This document shows, in pieces, positions 41,039-49,284 of a stretch of DNA of 64,000 nt. The DNA is from an uncultured Jatrophihabitans sp. GTDB taxonomy: Bacteria; Actinomycetota; Actinomycetes; Mycobacteriales; Jatrophihabitantaceae. The notes under the pieces were generated by a model that saw only the letters and a program-made list of their open reading frames with translations, was not told where the DNA came from and ran no database searches. The position numbers and the translations under genes are program-made. Positions within the stretch are counted from its first letter, which is position 1. Each line of letters starts with the position of its first letter. The stretch covers positions 40,548-104,547 of the forward strand of contig NZ_CAXUNP010000009.1 of assembly GCF_964252635.1 (NCBI RefSeq), given 5' to 3'.

Positions 41039-41562
41039 TCGCCGGAAGGCGCTGCCATGGCCCGGGTGGCTGGGTTGACCGGCCAGCGGCCGGAACGTCG
41101 CCTTGGGACTGGTATCGGGCCCAAGCTGAGCGCGACGGGGTGGCGATCCGCGTCGCCGAGCTTAGGAGCGGCAGATGGGCCGAAGCGAGCTGGACGGCCA
41201 CCGGCCCCGTCATCTGGTTCTCGCCCAAGTTGGGGCCGCGTGATCGTCGCTGCGCGCTCGCTCACGAACTTCACCACCTGGCCCTGGGAGGCATCTGCAG
41301 GTCCTTCTGCCTGCGGAACGAAGTGAAAGTGCGGCGGGCCACAGCTCGGTGGCTGCTACCAGCTATCGAACCCGTCGGCGCCCTGCTGCGAGCTGGGACG
41401 GTGGTCGATGCCGCAGCCCTGCTGAACGTTGTCCCGCCCATCGTGTGGGACAGGCTCGGCTGCGCTACAGAACGGGAGACGAACCATCTGCGAGAAGTAC
41501 TCGGCGACGACCGCCTATGCAGTGTGACGCCGCCGCGCTGGGACGCGGTTGGCGGCAACTAG
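41035..41562 (+). CDS. ImmA/IrrE-like zinc metallopeptidase (DUF955-type)
   Basis: HExxH in RRCALAHELHHLALGG followed by E..V.RRATARWLLP, the usual ImmA/IrrE downstream pattern. TTG start 41035 (uncertain). Confidence 0.6.
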   Translation: MIAGRRCHGPGGWVDRPAAGTSPWDWYRAQAERDGVAIRVAELRSGRWAEASWTATGPVIWFSPKLGPRDRRCALAHELHHLALGGICRSFCLRNEVKVRRATARWLLPAIEPVGALLRAGTVVDAAALLNVVPPIVWDRLGCATERETNHLREVLGDDRLCSVTPPRWDAVGGN

Positions 41563-41585
41563 GTCACGCTCGGTCCTCAACTGAC

Positions 41586-41619
41586 GCTGCCCCGGCTGGT
41601 TCAATCCGGCCGGGGCAGC
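41586..41619 (+). terminator. Intrinsic-terminator-like hairpin after the ImmA-like gene
   Basis: Perfect 11-bp stem GCTGCCCCGGC / GCCGGGGCAGC, 12-nt loop, followed by GTTATGT. Confidence 0.5.
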
Positions 41620-41633
41620 GTTATGTCGCAACC

Positions 41634-41936
41634 ATGACGCTTCCACCTGAACCCACAGGCGCCCTAGAGGCGCTGCTCAGCGAGCTTCGTCAACTGAATG
41701 CCACCCTGGCGCGCCGACCGACCCCGTCCGCGGTACGCGGGCCTGCAGTCGGGCAGGACAAGGCGCTGCTGGACAGCCCGTGGCTCGTCGTCGGCGAGGT
41801 GCAGGCCTACGCCCGCGCCGGCAAGCGTGAGGTGCTCGCCGCCCTCGCTGACGGCAGCCTCCGCGGCTACCAGGCACGGCCAAACGGTCGGTGGCGCATC
41901 CACCGCGACGACGTCGACGCGTGGCTGCGAGGTTAG
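41634..41936 (+). CDS. Excisionase-family helix-turn-helix protein (Xis/HTH_17-like)
   Basis: The C-terminal half LVVGEVQAYARAGKREVLAALADGSLRGYQARPNGRWRIHRDDVDAWL matches the MerR-superfamily excisionase pattern. ATG 41634. Confidence 0.6.
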   Translation: MTLPPEPTGALEALLSELRQLNATLARRPTPSAVRGPAVGQDKALLDSPWLVVGEVQAYARAGKREVLAALADGSLRGYQARPNGRWRIHRDDVDAWLRG

Positions 41937-41982
41937 GTTCGGGGCCCTTCCACTGTTCCTTCCTCCGGCCGTCAGAAACGAG

Positions 41983-42016
41983 AACGCCCGCCTAGCCGGA
42001 GGACTAGACGGGCGTT
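41983..42016. terminator. Bidirectional intrinsic terminator between convergent islet genes
   Basis: 13-position stem AACGCCCGCCTAG / CTAGACGGGCGTT (one mismatch), 8-nt loop, T-rich run on both strands (TTTATAT downstream on plus; CGTTTCTG on minus). Confidence 0.6.
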
Positions 42017-42031
42017 CGAGCTTTATATGCC

Positions 42032-42313
42032 TCAGGAGTTGACGGCACCGCCCCACGACGAGTTGTAGATGATGCGGCTGCCGTCGGTGGGCCCGCCGTT
42101 CACGATGCCCGCGACGACGTTACGAGCGGAGTTCATTGGCGTCGCTTGCGCGCCCGGCAGCGCACACTCTCGAAGTAGGGCGGCGACGGGCTTGCCCTCG
42201 ACCTTGGCGCGCTCCTCGATGGACCGCAGCTCGTCAGACGTCATGCGCACGCTTACCACCTCATTTCGGCGACGCTTCTCCGACTTGCCTCTTGGCTGGT
42301 GATCGATTGCCAT
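42032..42313 (-). CDS. Ribbon-helix-helix (MobC/CopG-like) DNA-binding protein
   Basis: KRRRNEVVSVRMTSDELRSIEERAKVEGKPVAALLRECAL is the basic patch plus beta-strand plus two-helix pattern of RHH/MobC N-termini. ATG 42313. Confidence 0.55.
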   Translation of the reverse strand: MAIDHQPRGKSEKRRRNEVVSVRMTSDELRSIEERAKVEGKPVAALLRECALPGAQATPMNSARNVVAGIVNGGPTDGSRIIYNSSWGGAVNS

Positions 42314-42370
42314 CAGATCCTTGGTCCTCTCGATGTCTGGTGACTTTGGTCCCGCAGTCCTCCATCTTCA

Positions 42371-42493
42371 CGGACGAAACAGGCCGTCCGCCAGTGGAAG
42401 GCGCGTAATCCACGAAGTCGTGATGGTAAACGTCGTCTTTACGACGGAAGTTCCGTCTACTGCTATGGTATGACCGTCAGCTAGGACGGAAAA
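42371..42493. promoter_or_regulatory. Divergent control region with multiple GACGGAA / TTCCGTC half-sites
   Basis: Inverted repeat CGGACG-N8-CGTCCG (42371-42390), hairpin CGTCGT-cttt-ACGACG (42431-42446), palindrome GACGGAAgTTCCGTC (42443-42457), GACGGAAAA (42485-42493). Lies between the RHH gene and the 159-aa gene. Confidence 0.5.
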
Positions 42494-42509
42494 CATCGAG
42501 GAGGACGTC

Positions 42510-42989
42510 ATGAAGGTATCGGCGACGCTGTGCAACCACGTGGAGGCTCTGAACAACCTGCTTTACGTGTCGGGAGGAGGCATTGACCGGTCCATCGTCC
42601 CCCCCGGCGCCCCATCGCCCTACGGCGTGACCCTTGGCCTGGGCATCATCATCACAGTCCCGTGGCAGCAGACCAATCAACAGCACAAGCTGAACATTGG
42701 CCTGGTCGATGCTGACGGGCAGCCAGTCCTAGTACCCACGGGCCCCGACGTCATCAGTCCGTTGAAGGTCGAAGCTGAGTTCAACGTTGGGCGCCCCCCG
42801 GGGCTTGCGACCGGCGAAGATCAAAACGTCGCCATGGCAGTAAATTTTCCCGGCATTCCGCTGCCGAGCCTGGGGCGCTACCGGTTCTTGGTAGAACTCG
42901 ACGGATCGCTGGAGGAGGAGATCTCTTACCAGGTTGTGTCGTTGAACCAGACCATGGGCATCGGACCGAGCGCCCTTCCGCGATTCTGA
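42510..42989 (+). CDS. Hypothetical protein, 159 aa (islet cargo gene 1)
   Basis: Strong SD GAGGAGG 6 nt before ATG 42510; lower-GC codon usage. Motifs YVSGGGI, VPW..TN..H, FNVGRPPGL, GRYRF recall a widespread uncharacterised actinobacterial family that I cannot name reliably. Confidence 0.65.
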   Translation: MKVSATLCNHVEALNNLLYVSGGGIDRSIVPPGAPSPYGVTLGLGIIITVPWQQTNQQHKLNIGLVDADGQPVLVPTGPDVISPLKVEAEFNVGRPPGLATGEDQNVAMAVNFPGIPLPSLGRYRFLVELDGSLEEEISYQVVSLNQTMGIGPSALPRF

Positions 42990-43025
42990 CCTGTTCTACG
43001 CGGATACGGCAGGGAGGCTGCGACG

Positions 43026-43439
43026 GTGGAACGGGTGCGGTTCATCGCACGGTGCACCAGATCAGGCTTGAACGCCGTCACAAGGGTGTGGCAGTGGGTC
43101 CTGAGCGTCCTGAGTTTGCTGTTGGTCAGCGGCATCGTCCTTCAGAACCACCTGCCGCATACCGGACCGGTTTGGCTCAAGGCCAGTGTGCTGGTGGCCC
43201 TCGCCGTTGCCGTACTAGTCGAGGGCGCGTTCCAAGAGTCGACAGTGGCGCCACCTCCCACCTTGCCCGCTGGGCCTCCAATTCACATGCAAGCGAACGT
43301 GATCAACTACAACGTGATCGATGCCAGCAGCGCGCAGAACGTGTCGATGCCCCCGTCGCTACAAGACCAGGAACCTCCACCCGACCCCGTGCAAGAAGAT
43401 GACAACGCGCAGTACGGCGGCCCTGCCAGCTCTGGCTGA
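43026..43439 (+). CDS. Hypothetical membrane protein, 137 aa (islet cargo gene 2)
   Basis: GTG 43026 with SD GGGAGG. Two hydrophobic helices (WVLSVLSLLLVSGIVL; ASVLVALAVAVLVEGAF) and a Pro/Gln/Asp-rich tail. Confidence 0.55.
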   Translation: MERVRFIARCTRSGLNAVTRVWQWVLSVLSLLLVSGIVLQNHLPHTGPVWLKASVLVALAVAVLVEGAFQESTVAPPPTLPAGPPIHMQANVINYNVIDASSAQNVSMPPSLQDQEPPPDPVQEDDNAQYGGPASSG

Positions 43440-43521
43440 CTCCTATTGGACATTCCACCGGCAGGTGTGCGCCGCTGGTTTTCCGCTGCTCGGGTGCGCG
43501 GCGTGCGCGTGATGAACGAGC

Positions 43522-43544
43522 GTTGCTACACCGGTTGCTACACG
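43522..43544 (+). repeat. TGCTACA-N5-TGCTACA(CG) motif pair, tRNA-proximal arm of the islet
   Basis: GTTGCTACAccggtTGCTACACG, about 70 bp from the tRNA-proximal att repeat. Confidence 0.75.
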
Positions 43545-43615
43545 CAGGCCCGCCGAGCACGTATCGGCCGGCGGGCCCACGCCCTCCGTGCCCGGTTTCC
43601 CGGGCCTTCGTTCTG

Positions 43616-43689
43616 TCGGGACGACAGGATTTGAACCTGCGACCCCCTGACCCCCAGTCAGGTGCGCTACCAAGCTGCGCCACGTCCCG
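43616..43689 (-). tRNA. tRNA-Pro (anticodon GGG)
   Basis: The minus strand reads CGGGACGTGGCGCAGCTTGGTAGCGCACCTGACTGGGGGTCAGGGGGTCGCAGGTTCAAATCCTGTCGTCCCGA. 7-bp acceptor stem, anticodon arm CCTGA-CTGGGGG-TCAGG, T-loop GGTTCAAATCC. CCA is not encoded. Confidence 0.95.
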
Positions 43690-43726
43690 CTCTCGTGAAG
43701 AACCGCCGGTAACTCTAGCCGACCGG

Positions 43727-45082
43727 CTACTTCGTCCTGCGCTCGCGCACCTTCACCGAGATCTCGATCGGCGTGCCGGTGAAGTCGAAGTCCTCGCGCA
43801 GGCGCCGCTCGAGGAAGCGCCGGTAGCCGGCCTCGAGGAATCCGGTCGTGAACAGCACGAAACGCGGGGGCCGCGTGTCGGCCTGCGTCGCGAACAGCAC
43901 GCGCGGGGCCCGGCCGCCGCGCGCCGGGGGCGGGGTCCCCGCGACGACGTCGGTCAGCCAGGTGTTGAGCCGGCCGGTCGACACGCGCCGGTCCCAGGAC
44001 TCCAGAGAGGTGCGCAGGCTGCCGGCGAGCTTCTCGACGGCGCGCCCGGTGCGGGCCGACACGTTGATTCGCGGGGCCCACGCGACCCTGGCCAGATCGC
44101 GTTCGATCTCGCGCTCCAGCTGGTCACGACGGTCCTCGTCGACCAGGTCCCACTTGTTGAAGGCGATGACCAGCGCGCGGCCGGCGTCGACGACCTCGGC
44201 GATGACCCGCTGGTCCTGCTCGCTGAGCCGCTCCGAGGCGTCCAGCAGCACGACCGCGACCTCGGCGGCCTCGATCGCCGCGGCGGTGCGCAGACTGGCG
44301 TAGTACTCCATGCCGCTGGCCTGGTGGACGCGACGGCGCAGCCCGGCGGTGTCGACGAAGCGCCACACCTCGCCGCCGAGCTCGACCAGGCTGTCGACCG
44401 GGTCGATGGTCGTGCCGGCGACCGAGTCGACGACCGAGCGCTCGTCGTGGGTCAGCTTGTTCAGCAGGCTGGACTTGCCGACGTTGGGACGCCCGACGAG
44501 GGCGACGCGGCGCGGACCGCCCTCGATGTCGGTGTCGGCGGGCGCGTCGGGCAACCGGTCGAGCACCGCGTCGAGCAGGTCCCCGCTGCCGCGACCGTGC
44601 AGCCCGCTGACCGGGAACGGCTCGCCGAGCCCGAGTGACCAGAGCTCGGCGGTGTCGGGTTCGAGGCGCTCGTCGTCGACCTTGGTGACGGCCAGCACGA
44701 CGGGTCGCTTCGCCCGGCGCAGCGTGCGGGCCACCGTCAGGTCGGTGTCGGTGGCGCCGGTGCGCCCGTCGACCACGAACAGCACGAGGTCGGCGGTGGT
44801 CACCGCGCGTTCCGCCTGGGCGGACACCATGGCCTGCAGCCCGCGTGCGTCCGGTTCCCAGCCGCCGGTGTCGACCAGGGTGAAGCGTCGGCCGTTCCAC
44901 AGCGCGTCGTAGGCGATCCGGTCGCGGGTGACTCCGGGGACGTCCTGCACGACGGCCTCGCGGCGGCCCAGGATGCGGTTGACCAACGTCGATTTGCCGA
45001 CGTTGGGTCGGCCCACGACGGCGACGACCGGAGCGGCCGGGACGTCCTCGTCGGTGGGGAGGTCGTCAGGCGGCTCGGTCAT
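43727..45082 (-). CDS. der: Ribosome-associated GTPase Der (EngA)
   Basis: Two tandem G domains ([12 protein letters not shown]; [12 protein letters not shown]; DTGG/DTAG) plus a KH-like C-terminus. Confidence 0.95.
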   Translation of the reverse strand: MTEPPDDLPTDEDVPAAPVVAVVGRPNVGKSTLVNRILGRREAVVQDVPGVTRDRIAYDALWNGRRFTLVDTGGWEPDARGLQAMVSAQAERAVTTADLVLFVVDGRTGATDTDLTVARTLRRAKRPVVLAVTKVDDERLEPDTAELWSLGLGEPFPVSGLHGRGSGDLLDAVLDRLPDAPADTDIEGGPRRVALVGRPNVGKSSLLNKLTHDERSVVDSVAGTTIDPVDSLVELGGEVWRFVDTAGLRRRVHQASGMEYYASLRTAAAIEAAEVAVVLLDASERLSEQDQRVIAEVVDAGRALVIAFNKWDLVDEDRRDQLEREIERDLARVAWAPRINVSARTGRAVEKLAGSLRTSLESWDRRVSTGRLNTWLTDVVAGTPPPARGGRAPRVLFATQADTRPPRFVLFTTGFLEAGYRRFLERRLREDFDFTGTPIEISVKVRERRTK

Positions 45083-45743
45083 GCGGGGTCCTCACATCGG
45101 GTGGAGCGCTGTTCGCGACGAGGGCGGCCAGCGACGCGCGGACGCGCTCGGTCGCCGCGGCCACCGTGCGGCGGTGGAGAGGCTGGGCGTCCGGGGCGCG
45201 GTCGAAGGCGATCGCCGGGCCGAACACGATCCGCGCGTCCGGCCGGGCCCACGGGCGGCGCAGCAGCACGTCGGTGCCGTGGCAGGCCACCGGGACGACC
45301 TGGGCCCCGGAGCGCAGGGCCAGGTAGCCGACTCCCGGCTTGGCGGTGCGGGCCAGGCCGTCACCCCGGCCGCCCTCGGGAAAGATCCCCACCACCCCGC
45401 CACGACGGAGCAGCTCGACCGTGAGCCGGATCGGCGCGCGGTCGACGCGGTCCCGGACGATCGGTACCTGGCCCGCGCCGCGCAGCAGCGGCACGAGCGG
45501 GCCGGTGAACGCCTCGTCCTTGACCAGGAAGGTCGGGGGGCGGGGTGCGAAGGCGAAGATCAGCGGGCCGTCGAGGGCCGAGAGGTGGTTGCCGGCGAGC
45601 ACCACCGGCCCGGACGGCGGCAGGTTCGCGAGCCCGAGGAGCCTGACGTGGCCCAGCCCGGACGCGATGCGGCGACCGATCGCCTGCCGACGGCGCAGCT
45701 CGGCGGAACCGGAGACCCGGTCCGCCATCGTGGGGGCGTACAT
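45066..45743 (-). CDS. 1-acyl-sn-glycerol-3-phosphate acyltransferase family protein
   Basis: HxxxxD motif ([11 protein letters not shown]) and FPEGGRG motif. Confidence 0.85.
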   Translation of the reverse strand: MYAPTMADRVSGSAELRRRQAIGRRIASGLGHVRLLGLANLPPSGPVVLAGNHLSALDGPLIFAFAPRPPTFLVKDEAFTGPLVPLLRGAGQVPIVRDRVDRAPIRLTVELLRRGGVVGIFPEGGRGDGLARTAKPGVGYLALRSGAQVVPVACHGTDVLLRRPWARPDARIVFGPAIAFDRAPDAQPLHRRTVAAATERVRASLAALVANSAPPDVRTPHDRAA

Positions 45744-45753
45744 CAGCGGGGCA

Positions 45754-46428
45754 TCACTTCGCGGCGTGCGCGAGTTCGACGAGCCGGTCGACGACCTGGT
45801 CGATGTCCAGGTCGGTCGTGTCGAGTTCGACGGCGTCGGCCGACTGCGTCAGCGGGCTGGCGGCACGGCTGCTGTCGAGGCCGTCGCGGCGGGCGATGTC
45901 CGCGGCGATGGCGGCGACGTCGGCCTGGAGTTCGCCCGCCCGGCGGGCGGCGCGGGCCTCGGCGCTGGCGGTCAGGTACACCTTGGGTCGCGCGCTCGGC
46001 CACACGACCGAGCCGATGTCGCGCCCCTCGACGACGATGCCACCGTCGCCGATGAGGTCGCGCTGGGCGGCGACGAGCTGGGCGCGCACGGCAGGCACGG
46101 CCGAGACGGCGCTGACCGCGGCGGTGGTCTCGGCGCTGCGGATCTGGGCGTCGACGGGCTCGCCGTCCAGGAGCACGGACACGGCCCCGGGGTCGGTCGA
46201 GATCTCGATCTCGGCGGTCTCGACGACCCGGGTCACCGCGACCCCGTCGTCGAGGCCGACGCCGGCACGCAGGGCCGCGACGGTGGCCGCCCGGTACATC
46301 GCGCCGGTGTCGAGGTAGCGCGCGTCGAGCCGTTCGGCGAGCCGGCGGGCGACGGTCGACTTGCCCGTTCCCGACGGTCCGTCCAACGCGACGACCCCGG
46401 TGAACGCCGGCGAACTCTCTGTGGACAC
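45754..46428 (-). CDS. cmk: Cytidylate kinase
   Basis: VVALDGPSGTGKSTVARRLA..LDTGAMYRA. GTG 46428. Confidence 0.95.
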   Translation of the reverse strand: MSTESSPAFTGVVALDGPSGTGKSTVARRLAERLDARYLDTGAMYRAATVAALRAGVGLDDGVAVTRVVETAEIEISTDPGAVSVLLDGEPVDAQIRSAETTAAVSAVSAVPAVRAQLVAAQRDLIGDGGIVVEGRDIGSVVWPSARPKVYLTASAEARAARRAGELQADVAAIAADIARRDGLDSSRAASPLTQSADAVELDTTDLDIDQVVDRLVELAHAAK

Positions 46429-46477
46429 ACGGCAAGGATACGGATGCCCGCCGCCTGCCGATGCCAGGCCGATGCGC

Positions 46478-46840
46478 CTACTGGGGCAGGTCGGTGCGCA
46501 GCGCCGCCGCGCCGCGCAGGTACACGTGGCGGATCTCGGCGCGCGGGCGCTGCGTCTCGACGTGGGCCATGAGCCGCAGCACCCGCGGCATGGCTCCCGG
46601 CACGGCGATCTCGGTGGTACACAGCAGCGGGACGTCGACCAGCCCGAGCAGGCGCGCCGCGTAGGCCGGGAAGTCGGCGTTGAGATCGGGCGTCGCGGTG
46701 AACACGATGCTGATGAGGTCCTCGGCGTCGATCTCGTTGCGGCGCAGCACCTCCGTCACCAGCTCCGATGTTCCCTGCAGGATGTCGTCGCGCTCGTTGG
46801 CGTCGACCTGGATCGCCCCGCGTACCGCCCGTACCGCCAC
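46478..46840 (-). CDS. aroH: Chorismate mutase, AroH class
   Basis: MAVRAVRGAIQVDANERDDIL...IVFTATPDL...PLLCTTEI..PG is the monofunctional AroH pattern. 120 aa. Confidence 0.85.
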   Translation of the reverse strand: MAVRAVRGAIQVDANERDDILQGTSELVTEVLRRNEIDAEDLISIVFTATPDLNADFPAYAARLLGLVDVPLLCTTEIAVPGAMPRVLRLMAHVETQRPRAEIRHVYLRGAAALRTDLPQ

Positions 46841-46841
46841 G

Positions 46842-47627
46842 TCAGTCCTCCGGGTCCATGTCGTCGTCGATCGGCCCGGACGTCGGGGTGCCCTCGACCA
46901 GGCGATGCAGCTCGGCGAGCTCCGGCCTGGTCAGCGGCCGGAGGGCGCCGGCTCGCAACCCACCGAGGCGGACCGGCCCGATCCGGGTGCGCACGAGGCG
47001 GGAGACCGGGTGGCCGACCTCGGCCAGCATCCGGCGCACGATGTGCTTGCGGCCCTCGTGCAGGATCACCTCGACGATGGCCTGGTCCCCCTGGGTCTGG
47101 ACGATCTTGAAGGCGTCGGCGGTGGCCGGACCGTCCTCGAGCTCGACGCCCGCCAGCAGCCGCCGCCCCACGTCCTTGGCGACCGGTCCCGGGACGGTGG
47201 CCAGATAGGTCTTGAGCACCCCGAAGGACGGGTGCATCAGGTGGTGTGCGAGGTCACCGTCGTTGGTGAGCAGCAGCAGGCCCTCGCTGTCGCTGTCCAG
47301 GCGTCCGACGTGGAACAGCCGTTCCTCGCGGTCGGCGACGAGATCGCCCACCGTCGGACGGCCCCGGTCGTCCGACATCGCGCTCAGCACGCCGCGCGGC
47401 TTGTTCAGCGCGAGGTGGGCGAGACCCTCGCGGACCACGATGCGGTCGCCGTTGACGTGGATGACCGCGGTCTCCGGGTTCACTCGGGCGCCCAGCACCG
47501 CGACCTCGCCGTCCACGGTGACGCGGCCGGCCGCGATGAGGTCCTCGCTGACGCGGCGCGAACCGACGCCGGCCGACGCGAGCACCTTCTGCAACCGGAT
47601 GCCGTCGGGCAGGTGGGCGTCAGGCAT
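46842..47627 (-). CDS. rluB: rRNA pseudouridine synthase (RsuA/RluB family)
   Basis: S4 domain RLQKVLASAGVGSRR; catalytic VGRLDSDSEGLLLLTNDG. Confidence 0.9.
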   Translation of the reverse strand: MPDAHLPDGIRLQKVLASAGVGSRRVSEDLIAAGRVTVDGEVAVLGARVNPETAVIHVNGDRIVVREGLAHLALNKPRGVLSAMSDDRGRPTVGDLVADREERLFHVGRLDSDSEGLLLLTNDGDLAHHLMHPSFGVLKTYLATVPGPVAKDVGRRLLAGVELEDGPATADAFKIVQTQGDQAIVEVILHEGRKHIVRRMLAEVGHPVSRLVRTRIGPVRLGGLRAGALRPLTRPELAELHRLVEGTPTSGPIDDDMDPED

Positions 47628-48366
47628 CGCCGGCCACGCCCGCCAAATCGTCGATGCCGTCGAGGTCGGGCAGCAGCGGGGCGAGCGAGGGCAGCTCGTC
47701 CAGCGAACGCAGGCCCATCTTCTCGAGGAACATCTCGGTGGTGCGGAACAGGCCGCCGCCGGTGTCCGGGTCCTGGCCGACCTCGACGACGAGCCCGCGG
47801 GCCAGCAGGGTGCGGACGACGCCGTCGACGTTGACGCCGCGGATCGCGGACACGCGCTGCCGGGTGACCGGCTGGCGGTAGGCGATGACGGCGAGGGTCT
47901 CGAGGGCGGCCTGCGTCAGCCGGGTGCGCTGGCCGTCGTGCAGGAAGTGCTCGACGATCTCGGCGTGCTGCGGACGGGTGAACAGCCGGACTCCCCCGGC
48001 GATCTCGCGCAGCTCCATGCCCGCGTCACGCTCGTCATAGGCGGCCCGCAGGGTGTCCAGGCCATCGGTGATCGCGTCGGTGGTGAGCTGCAGCGACGCG
48101 GCGAGGGTGGCCACGCTGACCGGTGCCTCGACGACGAACAGGATGGCCTCGAGCGCGGACACGAGGTCGGCGGGGTCGGCGAGGCGCAGCGCGAGGTCGT
48201 CCGGCAGCTGGGTCTCGTCGGCCACGACCGCGTCGGTCGCCTCGTCGTCGCCCGGCACCGTGGTCGACGCCCGGGCGTCCGTCGGCTGGGAGTCGGCGGG
48301 CTGGGAATCGACGGGCTCGAGATCGGTGGGCCGGTGCTCACTCGGCTGGGGCTCGGACTCGGTCAC
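47620..48366 (-). CDS. scpB: Segregation and condensation protein B
   Basis: [51 protein letters not shown]. Confidence 0.9.
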   Translation of the reverse strand: [248 protein letters not shown]

Positions 48367-49265
48367 TGGTACTCCTCGTCGGCGTCCACGGACGCCTCGT
48401 CCTGCTCGTCGTGGTCGGTGCTGCCCGTCCAGCGGATGCGCAGCTCGGCCAGCGCGGCGGCCTGGTCGAAGGCCACGGACCCGTCGCGGTAGAGCTCGAG
48501 CAGCCCGAGGAAGCGGGCCACCACCTCCAGGGTCAGCTCGCAGTCGCCGACCAACGCCCGGAAGGTGACGGAGCCCTGGCGACGCAGCCGCTCGCGGATG
48601 ATCGCCATGTGTTCGGTGACGCTGACCTGCGGGGCGTGCACGTGGTCGGTCATGACCACCGGCACCGGTTTGGGTGCCAGCGCGGCCGCGGCGATGGCGG
48701 CGAAACGTTGCGGGTCGACGCCCAGGTAGACGTCGGGCAGCAGCTCTGCGAAGCGCGTCTCCAGCTCGACGGCCCGGCCGTGGCGCCGGGCCTGGGCGCG
48801 GTCGAGCTCGGCGAGGTAGGCGGCCGCGAGCTTGTACGCGCGGTACTGCAGCAACCGGGCGAACAGCAGGTCGCGGGCCTCGAGCAGGGCGAGGTCCTCC
48901 TCGTCCTCGACCTCGGCCGCAGGCAGCAGCCGCGCCGTCTTGAGGTCGAGCAGGGTGGCGGCGACGACGAGGAACTCGGTGGCCTGACCCAGATCCCAGG
49001 TGTCCATGCCGGCCAGGTGGCTGATGAACTCGTCCGTCACCTGCGACAGCGCGACCTCGGTGACGTCGAGCTGGCGGCGGCTGATGAGGTTGAGCAGCAG
49101 GTCGAAGGGGCCCTCGAAGTTGTCGAGGGTCACCCGGAACGCGCCGTCGTCCGGGCGGCCTGCGGCCTCCGGCGCCCCGGCGGTCAGCTCGGAGGCGAGG
49201 TCGGCGAGCTCGATCTCGTCCTCAAGCGTCGCCACCGTGTCCACCGGCACGTCGTCCGGGCTCAC
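48363..49265 (-). CDS. scpA: Segregation and condensation protein A
   Basis: FEGPFDLLLNLISRRQLDVTEVALSQVTDEF. Overlaps the scpB start by 4 nt. Confidence 0.9.
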   Translation of the reverse strand: MSPDDVPVDTVATLEDEIELADLASELTAGAPEAAGRPDDGAFRVTLDNFEGPFDLLLNLISRRQLDVTEVALSQVTDEFISHLAGMDTWDLGQATEFLVVAATLLDLKTARLLPAAEVEDEEDLALLEARDLLFARLLQYRAYKLAAAYLAELDRAQARRHGRAVELETRFAELLPDVYLGVDPQRFAAIAAAALAPKPVPVVMTDHVHAPQVSVTEHMAIIRERLRRQGSVTFRALVGDCELTLEVVARFLGLLELYRDGSVAFDQAAALAELRIRWTGSTDHDEQDEASVDADEEYQ

Positions 49266-49284
49266 GGCCGACCCGTGCTGCGCT

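Larger units (their letters stand above)
40566..43657. mobile_element. About 3.0-kb integrase-less integrated element (genomic islet) in tRNA-Pro, bounded by 46-bp direct repeats
   Basis: Direct repeats at 40566-40611 and 43612-43657. The interior 40612-43611 has visibly lower GC, canonical hairpin terminators and strong SDs. It holds mobile-element-type genes (excisionase-like HTH, ImmA/IrrE-like protease, RHH) but no recombinase ORF in any frame. Confidence 0.7.

Noticed and set aside
43440-43611. Integrase pseudogene remnant between the last islet gene and the tRNA
   Set aside because: At 172 bp it is too short, and the six-frame translations show no recombinase motif (no R..HxxR..Y remnants). 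The region contains the TGCTACA motif pair instead.
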